A stretch of DNA of 32,000 bases from Trichlorobacter lovleyi SZ (GTDB lineage: Bacteria > Desulfobacterota > Desulfuromonadia > Geobacterales > Pseudopelobacteraceae). Position 1 is the stretch's first letter, and each line of letters starts with the position of its first letter. A model generated the notes under the pieces. That model made no database searches and had not been told where the DNA came from. It saw only the letters and a program-made list of their open reading frames with translations. Below, one piece after another: positions 8,511 through 15,367 of the stretch. The DNA is taken from positions 1,170,001-1,202,000 of the forward strand of contig NC_010814.1 of NCBI RefSeq assembly GCF_000020385.1. The letters run 5' to 3'. A program made the translations under genes and the position numbers.

Positions 8511-10760
8511 CTACCTGTACGCCTGTTTGTACCAATCAACCGCAAGCTTGATGTTGTCCAGGTCTTGCGCTGAAAGGCTGGTAAGAAACTGCTGCCGCAT
8601 GTGCAGGGGCATACCTGCCAGCGGGTGCTGACGCTTGATGCTCTGGTACAGGTTTTCCGGCTTGCCGCCTGCCTTCAGATATTCTGCCTTGTACTTGTCC
8701 ACCGCTTCTCTGTCACGGTACTTCATGGCCTGCCGGAAGTAGTACAGGGCCTTGCTCCGTTCGGTGGGCTCTGCTGTGGTCTGTTCTCTGCCGTGCTTCT
8801 CAAGGAAGCGACCAACCTGTTGCTTGATGTCGTGATAGGCGTTCTCGCCGGGGTCTGACTCGTACACCACCATATTCTTCAGGCTGTTCAGGTAGCCTTT
8901 ACCCGGCTTGTCTGCCAGTGCCTTGTACTCTTCATCCAGCGCAAAGAAGCGGGCTACATGCTCGGTTCTGTCCCTGATCGGCATAGGCTTGGTCATATCA
9001 GGGTAAATGCTTTTACCGGTCATCAGTTCACCGGCCAGTTTGGTAAAGGGGCTGGCGGCGTTCACTAGCTTGTTTGGGGTTGCCAGTGCCATCTTCTTCA
9101 GCATTTCCTTGGCATCCATCCGGCCTGTTTCCAGCTTTTTGAAGCTTTCTGGGTAATCTTCCAGCCCTGCCCATGCAAGCACGTCTGAGAAGGCACCAGA
9201 GAAACGCAGGGTTAACGTCTTTCCGTCGCTAGTGGTGCCAAGGATCAGGTGCAGCTGTCCCCGTACCTGTGCGCTTAACTTTTCTTCCTCTTCCGGGTGA
9301 AGCAGATGATTGAAGGCTGATACCGCTGCAAACAGCAGGTGGGTCAACAGTACCTTTTCACCAATGCCCAGGGCTGCCCCTGCTGCCTTGCGAGTGCCTA
9401 CCCCTGCCATGCGTGCCGCTGTGCTGCCTGCTTCCCCTTGGGTGGCGGCATTCTTGAACAGGCGGTAATAGCGTGGGGCGTTAATCTCCATCCAGCTCCA
9501 GAACGGAATCAGGCTGGTTCTGATCTTCTCCCCATGTGCAGACAGGTTGCCGTAATCCCCCAGCAGTTCCCGGCTAAGTTTGGCGGCCTTGTCCCTGGTG
9601 TTGGTCAGGCTGTTAATCTCTGCAGGTGTTGAGGCCCAATAGACCGGCTTGCCTTGGTCAAGCAGTTCCTTGGCTCGCAGATAGGCGGCTTCCCTTAACA
9701 GCCCTTCCCGTAACTGGGTCAGGCTGGAAACCTTATCAAAGTATTTGGCAATCAGGTTTGCCGGAGCCAGCTTGGTAAGATCCCCGGTTTTCAGGGCCTC
9801 CAGCAGTTTGACGTCGCGGGTGCCTTCCTTCAGGTGCTGGAATCCGGGTAGTTTGGAGATGTCGGGGATTTCATTGATGCTGATACCGGCATCAATGACG
9901 CCACGGTCAAGCATGGCCAGCTCTTCAAAGGTCATCGGCTGGCCTGCCTTGCGGTTTAGGGCATTCTTCCAAGCAGTGCTGAAGTGCTTCATAATGCCGG
10001 GATCAGCAGCAAGAACGATATCAAGGTCACCTGACATATTGTTCAGGTTGTACTTCAGTGCCCGACGTGGAGAGAGCAGCGTCCAGACCTTCCAGCCACC
10101 AATCAGCTTTTTATTGATGGTGTCCAGGGTGGCATCTTCCCGGTTGGTTCTCAGGTTATCAAGGGTCTTTGCCAGCCCTGCAGGAATAACCACCTCTTCT
10201 TTTCTGCCGCCAAGGATCAGCACTTCTTTAAACTTCTGCGCCACTTCAGCAAAGGCCGGGTTCTGCTCTACAAAGCGGGTAATGATACTTTCCGGCATGG
10301 TCTGACCTTTGTAGAAGACGCTGCCCTTTTCCGGCTGCCATGTGGTGTAGCCTTCGGGGATCAGGGATTTCCAGTCAGCAGCCCCTTCCTGTTTGGCCTG
10401 TTCCCGCAATGCCGGGGCAAGGTCATTAATGCTCAGTACCTCGTCCAATGCCTTCTTGGTTGCCAACTCTTTCATGGCCTGGCTGTAGTATTCAAACTCT
10501 GCTTCAAGGAAGTTGGTATTAATGTCCAGTTCTGAACCTTCCCGGCCTTTCTGCCAGCCCCGCTGCTTGTTGCGTACCTCTCCGGCTGTACTGATTCCAG
10601 CCCACTTGCGGGCGTTGGCATGTTCAAGTACCTGGTGCCTGAAATAGCCGGTGTTAATGTCATCTGCAGTGTATTTGCCGGTCTGTTTGTAGTTCTCCAG
10701 CCCTTCAGGGGTCAGCACTGATTCAACCGGCAGCAGGTTGTTATCTACCAGTTCAAGCAC
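8511..10760 (-). CDS. Large hypothetical protein (749 aa), no recognisable domain
   Basis: A long uninterrupted ORF with a GTG start, 29 nt downstream of the Rep-like gene on the same strand. By eye there is no Walker A motif and no obvious nuclease or primase motif. One Gly/Ala-rich plus hydrophobic segment (AARMAGVGTRKAAGAALGIGEKVLLTHLLFAAVSAFNHLL) is present. Confidence 0.85.
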   Translation of the reverse strand: MLELVDNNLLPVESVLTPEGLENYKQTGKYTADDINTGYFRHQVLEHANARKWAGISTAGEVRNKQRGWQKGREGSELDINTNFLEAEFEYYSQAMKELATKKALDEVLSINDLAPALREQAKQEGAADWKSLIPEGYTTWQPEKGSVFYKGQTMPESIITRFVEQNPAFAEVAQKFKEVLILGGRKEEVVIPAGLAKTLDNLRTNREDATLDTINKKLIGGWKVWTLLSPRRALKYNLNNMSGDLDIVLAADPGIMKHFSTAWKNALNRKAGQPMTFEELAMLDRGVIDAGISINEIPDISKLPGFQHLKEGTRDVKLLEALKTGDLTKLAPANLIAKYFDKVSSLTQLREGLLREAAYLRAKELLDQGKPVYWASTPAEINSLTNTRDKAAKLSRELLGDYGNLSAHGEKIRTSLIPFWSWMEINAPRYYRLFKNAATQGEAGSTAARMAGVGTRKAAGAALGIGEKVLLTHLLFAAVSAFNHLLHPEEEEKLSAQVRGQLHLILGTTSDGKTLTLRFSGAFSDVLAWAGLEDYPESFKKLETGRMDAKEMLKKMALATPNKLVNAASPFTKLAGELMTGKSIYPDMTKPMPIRDRTEHVARFFALDEEYKALADKPGKGYLNSLKNMVVYESDPGENAYHDIKQQVGRFLEKHGREQTTAEPTERSKALYYFRQAMKYRDREAVDKYKAEYLKAGGKPENLYQSIKRQHPLAGMPLHMRQQFLTSLSAQDLDNIKLAVDWYKQAYR

Positions 10761-10789
10761 CAGATGCTTGCTGACTTCTGCTCGGTGTT

Positions 10790-11383
10790 CTACTGCTGCC
10801 TTAATGTCCGGGTTTTTGAAGCGACAAGAGATTCTTTTTTTCCTTCTTTTAAATGGTGTGGGGTCCGGGCGGGTTCCGGGGTGGTGTCCGGCGTGGGGTC
10901 CGGTGTAGACATTTGTTGACTTTCCCTAACAATCCCTAACATTTCTGGCCGTTCTTTGGTGGGTTCCGGGGTGGTGTCCGGGATGGTGTCCCGTGTGGGG
11001 TCCGGGTTTTGGTGGGGTCCGCAACTGTCGGAAGCTTGATAAGTGTCATATTTGATTATTGAAATCAGCAATCCTCTGGTGGTGTCCGCCACTTTTATAG
11101 CCCCTGTCTGTCTCATCCAGCCGTATGCTGCCCGTACCTGATCAACTGATAATTTGCCGGTCAGTCGATTACCTGATTTGTATGCCCCTACCTCTTGCAT
11201 TTCCTTGATGCTGGTCAGCAGTTGCCCACGTTTAAGCCCCTGCCCATCCTGCCAGCGGGCTTTTAATAACATCCAGATCCACAACTTCAGGTAGTGGGGC
11301 GGTTTGCTGAATAGGTCAGAGTCCAGCAGCTGGCGGAATAGTCTGATGTACCCGCCTGATATGTGTGTGTCTGGTAGTTGCAT
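10790..11383 (-). CDS. Putative winged-helix DNA-binding / replication-initiator-like protein with a Pro/Thr/Asp-rich repeat tail
   Basis: The ATG at 11383 has an AGGGG SD. The N-terminus GYIRLFRQLLDSDLFSKPPHYLKLWIWMLLKARWQDG resembles N-termini of phage/plasmid replisome-organiser-type HTH proteins (from memory). The C-terminus carries PDPTRDTIPDTTPEP and PDPTPDTTPEP repeats. The coding call is firm; the function is tentative. Confidence 0.65.
   Translation of the reverse strand: MQLPDTHISGGYIRLFRQLLDSDLFSKPPHYLKLWIWMLLKARWQDGQGLKRGQLLTSIKEMQEVGAYKSGNRLTGKLSVDQVRAAYGWMRQTGAIKVADTTRGLLISIIKYDTYQASDSCGPHQNPDPTRDTIPDTTPEPTKERPEMLGIVRESQQMSTPDPTPDTTPEPARTPHHLKEGKKESLVASKTRTLRQQ
10858..11022. 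repeat. Iteron-like repeat cluster inside the Rep-like gene
   Basis: The exact 21-mer GGGTTCCGGGGTGGTGTCCGG occurs at 10871-10891 and 10961-10981, 90 bp apart. GTGGGGTCCG(G/C) occurs at 10858, 10893, 10995 and 11012. Tandem TCCCTAAC lies at 10923 and 10933. An AT-rich tract follows at about 11033-11075. Confidence 0.45.
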
Positions 11384-11502
11384 GAAGCCCCTGCTATGGT
11401 GTCCCCTGGTTGAATCTGCGGGCAGCAGAGCCGGGGCAAGCTCTGTTTTCGGGTGGCCTCCCTAGCCCGCAAAACTGTAAATCCCTAAGTTAACCTAAGT
11501 TT

Positions 11503-11898
11503 TTAGGGTGCTTGCTCGTCTGCGGTCTCGGGATTATCCTCTGCGTCCATGCGCCAGACGGCATCCCAGCCATACGCCTCAATCGCCAGCTCCATCAGGT
11601 CAGAGCCACGCCATAACCAGACTTCGCCATGCCGGATAAGATCGGGACGCTGTAGTTTGCGCCCGGTCCTCTGGAAAATTTCAGCTTTAGTAAATGCCGT
11701 GGAGATCGCGTTGCGGACACTTTGCGGAACATTGCCGCCAATTGTAGGCCGGTGGTTAGGATCAGCGGCAGCGTCACGCCAGCCAAAATTCTCGAAGTCT
11801 GGCAGCGGTGGCCCATCATCACCGCGTGGGCCGGGTGGTTCTTGGGCCTGCAGCTCTTGAATCTGCCTGATCAACTCGTCTATGCGCGCGCGACTCAT
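11503..11898 (-). CDS. Hypothetical protein (131 aa)
   Basis: The ATG at 11898 overlaps the TGA of the AlpA-like gene (ATGA). I recognise no family. Confidence 0.65.
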   Translation of the reverse strand: MSRARIDELIRQIQELQAQEPPGPRGDDGPPLPDFENFGWRDAAADPNHRPTIGGNVPQSVRNAISTAFTKAEIFQRTGRKLQRPDLIRHGEVWLWRGSDLMELAIEAYGWDAVWRMDAEDNPETADEQAP

Positions 11899-12092
11899 TG
11901 GGTGATGCCTCTCTCGATCAGGTTGATGATCTCGTCAGTGCGGAAGCGGGTGGTCTTCCCGGTCAGCTTCACCGGGTTGAGGTGTCCAGCCTTCGCAAGG
12001 TTCCAGACCGATGTCCGGCATATGCCCAGGGCTGCGGCTGCGTTTTTGTCGGTGGTCAGTGTGCCGGGGGTTAAGTGTTGGCGGGTGTCCAT
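11895..12092 (-). CDS. AlpA/excisionase-family helix-turn-helix protein
   Basis: The 65-aa ORF has an AAGGAGG SD 9 nt upstream. LTTDKNAAAALGICRTSVWNLAKAGHLNPVKLTGKTTRFRTDEIINLI matches the AlpA/MerR-type HTH_17 pattern typical of P4-like islands. Confidence 0.8.
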   Translation of the reverse strand: MDTRQHLTPGTLTTDKNAAAALGICRTSVWNLAKAGHLNPVKLTGKTTRFRTDEIINLIERGITQ

Positions 12093-12124
12093 TTGGGGTG
12101 CCTCCTTTGTTTATGGTTGATGTT

Positions 12125-12169
12125 CTATTTGTAGGGCGGTATAAGTCGATCTATCACTATTTGTAGGGC
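12125..12169. promoter_or_regulatory. Operator-like direct repeat in a divergent intergenic region
   Basis: CTATTTGTAGGGC occurs exactly at 12125-12137 and 12157-12169 (32-bp register), between the divergent AlpA-like and HTH genes. Confidence 0.45.
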
Positions 12170-12187
12170 ATCGTCAAATATTTTTTA

Positions 12188-12958
12188 TTGGGGGGTATTG
12201 TGGCTAAGGGACGTGGTGGCGGAAACACTCCGAAACTTGTTACATATTTGCTGAAAGATGCTGTTGAAAAAAGCAGCATACGTGCGGTCGCAAGAGAAAG
12301 CGGCTTAACACAATCAGCTGTTTATAGATATCTGCAAGGTATTGGCGAGCCATCGCTTAGCACGCTAGAAAGGTTAGCAACTTATTTTCAGGTAAGTGTT
12401 GCGTATTTAAGGGGGGATGTTGACAGCACTGAAAATAAGCTAAAGCAGTTTATCAAAAATCACACTTCTGAAATTAGGTCTCGGTCAGATGATGCTGAGC
12501 TGATGCAGCTTTTTGAAAACTTCATCAAAAACAATCCTGATGCAGGGTTTGCAGTAGCAGATGTATTTAATACAAAAAAAATGGAATCAATTGTTTTTGC
12601 CTTAAATATAAATCAGGAACGTCTTCAGGCTGAAATAGAACGTCTTCAGGCTGAACGTGATGCTCTTATTAATTCTGAAAAGCGTCAGGGTCTTGACGAT
12701 GAAGCCGATGTTTTTATAGAAATTTTGAGTTGCTTGTTGGAAATCTACGAAATAGTCCCCGAACGATTAAAAGATACTTTTAAGATCGTTATTGAAGGAT
12801 ATCGTGATGATGCTTCCAATATTGATTTTACAAAAATTCCGTGTGAAAAATATAAGCAGTTAGATGCGCTGACTTCAAAGGCTTGGGATATTTTCTATGG
12901 TGATGCTGAATTTGATACAGATGGAGTTTTATTAGGGAGAAATAAGGAGAAGGAATAG
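12188..12958 (+). CDS. XRE-type HTH protein with an uncharacterised C-terminal domain of about 170 aa
   Basis: The HTH is IRAVARESGLTQSAVYRYLQGIGEPSLSTLERLATYFQVSVAYLRG. The track start is a TTG at 12188; the in-frame GTG at 12200, preceded by GGGGG, is the more likely start. The gene is markedly AT-rich. Confidence 0.75.
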   Translation: MGGIVAKGRGGGNTPKLVTYLLKDAVEKSSIRAVARESGLTQSAVYRYLQGIGEPSLSTLERLATYFQVSVAYLRGDVDSTENKLKQFIKNHTSEIRSRSDDAELMQLFENFIKNNPDAGFAVADVFNTKKMESIVFALNINQERLQAEIERLQAERDALINSEKRQGLDDEADVFIEILSCLLEIYEIVPERLKDTFKIVIEGYRDDASNIDFTKIPCEKYKQLDALTSKAWDIFYGDAEFDTDGVLLGRNKEKE

Positions 12959-13012
12959 CCGGTTTCTCTTCTCCCGGAAAAAGCAGAAAAAACAAGAAGT
13001 TTTAAGCAGAAA

Positions 13013-13037
13013 GGGCAGCCGTTACCGGTTGCCCTTT
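13013..13037 (+). terminator. Rho-independent terminator after the HTH gene
   Basis: GGGCAGCCG-TTAC-CGGTTGCCC followed by TTTGGTG. Confidence 0.55.
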
Positions 13038-13156
13038 GGTGTGTGTGGGTAGGGTGAAAGAAGGCGAAAAAAGGCGAAGGATACAGGCTGTACTGCTAAC
13101 CGAGAAAAAGGCGACATTTTGCGACGGTTCTGCTGTTGCCGGGTGAATGGGGTGGG

Positions 13157-13486
13157 TCAGGCTGCTGCGACTCTCAAGCTGCCCAGTTGCCGTGAACGTG
13201 CCTTGGGCTTGATAACGATCTGGACATCCCGGCCCAGCAGGTTCAGGAAGTGAAACAGGCGTTCCATGGAAAAGCCTTTCAGGCGTCCACGAATTAAGGC
13301 TGATACCTTGGGCTGATCTATTCCCAGCAATTCTGCTGCCTGTGCCTGGGTCAGGTGCCGCCTTTTGATGATATCATGTATCTGGATAGAGAGCAGGGCC
13401 TTTGCCTGCATTTCTTCGGCATCAGGTAGTTCAAGGTCTGCAAACACGTTACCGCTGCTGTGGTATAATTCAATCTCTTCTTTCAT
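13157..13486 (-). CDS. XRE-family HTH antitoxin (HigA-like)
   Basis: NVFADLELPDAEEMQAKALLSIQIHDIIKRRHLTQAQAAELLGIDQPKVSALIRGRLKGFSMERLFHFLNLLGRDVQIVIKP is the usual partner of Gp49-type toxins. It starts 7 nt after the toxin stop. Confidence 0.85.
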   Translation of the reverse strand: MKEEIELYHSSGNVFADLELPDAEEMQAKALLSIQIHDIIKRRHLTQAQAAELLGIDQPKVSALIRGRLKGFSMERLFHFLNLLGRDVQIVIKPKARSRQLGSLRVAAA

Positions 13487-13492
13487 ATCTTG

Positions 13493-13858
13493 TTACCTCC
13501 CTTTGCCCCGGTGCAACTCTTCAGCCATCTTCAACCGCGTCTTGATCTTCTCTATTTCTGCTTGAGGCGTGGCAATCCCTGTTTTTGATTTCTTCTGAAA
13601 TACATGCAACACATAGACTACATCCGCAAAGCGTACCGTATAGACAGCCCGGTATGTATCGCCGTCATGATCTTCAACAATCTCTAGTACACCAGCACCT
13701 GAAAAGCCTTTCAGCGGCTTGGCGTCGGGATGCTTACCGCCTGCCTGGGCCATGAAGAGAGCAACACCAAAGAAACGCCTGACGTCTTCCGGCATTTCTT
13801 TTAGGTCTTTCAGGCTGCTGGCAATCCACTCAAGAGGTTTTGTAGGCTTGTTATTCAT
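13493..13858 (-). CDS. Type II toxin, phage Gp49-like/HigB-like (RelE/ParE superfamily)
   Basis: KPLEWIASSLKDLKEMPEDVRRFFGVAL...YRAVYTVRFADVVYVLHVFQKKSKTGIATPQAEIEKIKTRL is the Gp49/DUF891 pattern. I use the ATG at 13858 rather than the track start at 13909. Confidence 0.85.
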   Translation of the reverse strand: MNNKPTKPLEWIASSLKDLKEMPEDVRRFFGVALFMAQAGGKHPDAKPLKGFSGAGVLEIVEDHDGDTYRAVYTVRFADVVYVLHVFQKKSKTGIATPQAEIEKIKTRLKMAEELHRGKGR

Positions 13859-13909
13859 TGCGTCCCCATTATGCCATAATTGGCATAAATATAAACAACA
13901 AAAATTCAA

Positions 13910-14464
13910 TCAGGCTTTTGCTGCCTTGGCTATCCGGTACACGCTGGCAATACCTATTTCCAGTTCATCAGCTACCGCCTGCTTTGTCTTGCCCTGGGCC
14001 AGCAGTTCAAGTGCCTTGTCAGACAGTGCCCGTGCTGTTGCCTTGCGGCCTTGGTAGCGCCCTGCATCTTTGGCCAGCCTGATCCCTTCCCGCTGCCGCT
14101 CCAGCATCATTTCCCTTTCAAACTGTGCGATTGATGCCAGCATGGAAAGCATCAGCTTGCCGGTGGGGGTGGAGGTGTCCAGGTTGATGTTCAAGACCTT
14201 GAAGGAAACCTTTCTGGCTTCAAGTGACTCTACGATCTCTAACAGGTGTTTGGTGCTGCGGGCTATCCGGTCCAGCTTGCAGACTATTACCGTGTCACCT
14301 TCCCGGAGGTGGTCAAGCATTGCCGCCAGCTGTGGGCGGTCTTGCTTCACGCCTGATGCTTTTTCTTTGAAGATCTTATCAACACCAGCACCGTTTAGTT
14401 GCTCAAGCTGTGCGGTCAGTTCCTGGCCTTCTGTGCTTACCCGTGCATATCCGATGATTGCCAT
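13910..14464 (-). CDS. Serine recombinase (resolvase/invertase family)
   Basis: MAIIGYARVSTEGQ...DTVIVCKLDRIARSTKHL...LASIAQFEREMMLERQREG, with a C-terminal HTH (KTKQAVADELEIGIASVYRI). I use the ATG at 14464. Confidence 0.9.
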   Translation of the reverse strand: MAIIGYARVSTEGQELTAQLEQLNGAGVDKIFKEKASGVKQDRPQLAAMLDHLREGDTVIVCKLDRIARSTKHLLEIVESLEARKVSFKVLNINLDTSTPTGKLMLSMLASIAQFEREMMLERQREGIRLAKDAGRYQGRKATARALSDKALELLAQGKTKQAVADELEIGIASVYRIAKAAKA

Positions 14465-14518
14465 GATAGTTCCTCTCTGTGCGGTTGCTATCAACAAGTT
14501 AAATACTATGTGATAAAC

Positions 14519-14647
14519 CTATCAATAGGGTTAAGGATTGTCAAGGTTTTTCAAAAATCAGCGGTTTCAAAGTTTGTAAGTTGCTGATTTTACATAAACG
14601 GAACCTATCACGTTTTTGCTATCAATAGAGCAAGGGCTATTGATAGC
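14519..14647. promoter_or_regulatory. res-like recombinase binding sites upstream of the serine recombinase gene
   Basis: CTATCAATAG occurs at 14519-14528 and 14619-14628, exactly 100 bp apart. A perfect 11-bp inverted repeat GCTATCAATAG / CTATTGATAGC lies at 14618-14628 and 14637-14647, with an 8-bp spacer. Confidence 0.45.
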
Positions 14648-14663
14648 GTTTGGGCATGGATAT

Positions 14664-14693
14664 AAAAAGGCGACTACGTAAACTGTAGTCGCC
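14664..14693 (-). terminator. Rho-independent terminator after the second TA operon
   Basis: GGCGACTAC-loop-GTAGTCGCC, followed on the minus strand by TTTTTATA. It lies 34 nt downstream of the antitoxin stop. Confidence 0.6.
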
Positions 14694-14726
14694 TCTGGTG
14701 GGAACTGTTGTTGATTCAGTGTAGAG

Positions 14727-15071
14727 TTATAGGAGCCGTCTGTAATCGCAGTGCAGGGCCTCAGCAAGCCGCTTGGCGCTGACAATACCAATAATACGCT
14801 TACCGTTCTCCATTTCGCTGATGTGCCGCTGGGGAATGCCGGTTGCTTCTGCAAGCTGTGTCTGGGTCATGCCTTCCCGGTGCCGGAATCCTGATAGGGT
14901 TGTGCCCGCCTCATTGCCTGCAAATTCGGGAAAGGCTTCACGCCATGGAATGCTGTCGTCAGCTTCCTGCAGGCCGATCTTGGCAGCGAATGCCCGCAGC
15001 TCTTGAACCTTGTTGACTGATCCAATAAAGCGAACTGAATCAGTATGGTGCTTTTTCATGCGTTCCAGCAT
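14727..15071 (-). CDS. HTH (XRE) antitoxin of the second TA pair
   Basis: The C-terminal HTH is GMTQTQLAEATGIPQRHISEMENGKRIIGIVSAKRLAEAL. It overlaps the 3' end of the upstream toxin gene. An alternative ATG lies at 15059. Confidence 0.8.
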   Translation of the reverse strand: MLERMKKHHTDSVRFIGSVNKVQELRAFAAKIGLQEADDSIPWREAFPEFAGNEAGTTLSGFRHREGMTQTQLAEATGIPQRHISEMENGKRIIGIVSAKRLAEALHCDYRRLL

Positions 15072-15318
15072 ACGTAACCTCCACCAGCTTAATCTTCCCG
15101 TCCTTTACTTCCCAGACTGCTACATAGGTTGGATTGCCCTTTTTAAGGTGGCAGTGGTGCCTGGCACTGGAAAGCTTCCCGTAGTTCGGCCAGTCTCCAC
15201 GGACGGGGCCACCGGCTTCAATATCTCCGATCAACGCATACAGGATCTGACGTAGCGTTTTAGGGAGTTTGCTTTTTTGCTTTTCTGCTGCTCGTGACAG
15301 CTTAACTGTCCAAGTCAT
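15040..15318 (-). CDS. Type II toxin, RelE/ParE family
   Basis: The 92-aa ORF (...WPNYGKLSSARHHCHLKKGNPTYVAVWEVKDGKIKLVEVTYAGTHEKAPY) shows the characteristic RelE/ParE-superfamily C-terminus. The toxin-first operon matches a HigBA-type layout. Confidence 0.8.
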   Translation of the reverse strand: MTWTVKLSRAAEKQKSKLPKTLRQILYALIGDIEAGGPVRGDWPNYGKLSSARHHCHLKKGNPTYVAVWEVKDGKIKLVEVTYAGTHEKAPY

Positions 15319-15367
15319 AAAATATACCTTTCAGAAGTATAAATCAAGCCTCTGTATTTATCCCCGG

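Noticed and set aside
8383-8631. 82-aa plus-strand ORF spanning the spacer and the 3' end of the 749-aa gene, and the 74-aa ORF at 8122..8346
   Set aside because: They cross a strong hairpin and overlap better-supported minus-strand genes. They have no SD, and the peptides are Cys/Leu-rich and look like noise.
11461-11510. CCCTAAG/CCTAAG/TTAGGG motifs, considered as telomere-like repeats
   Set aside because: There are only three short copies next to a stop codon. They more plausibly relate to the TCCCTAAC pair inside the Rep-like gene as possible binding sites, and are folded into the iteron finding.
12617-12655. Exact 18-bp tandem repeat, considered as a possible mini-CRISPR or VNTR
   Set aside because: There are only two copies, in frame inside a CDS, encoding a heptad-like coiled-coil duplication, with no spacer-repeat architecture. 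It is kept only as a note under the HTH gene finding.
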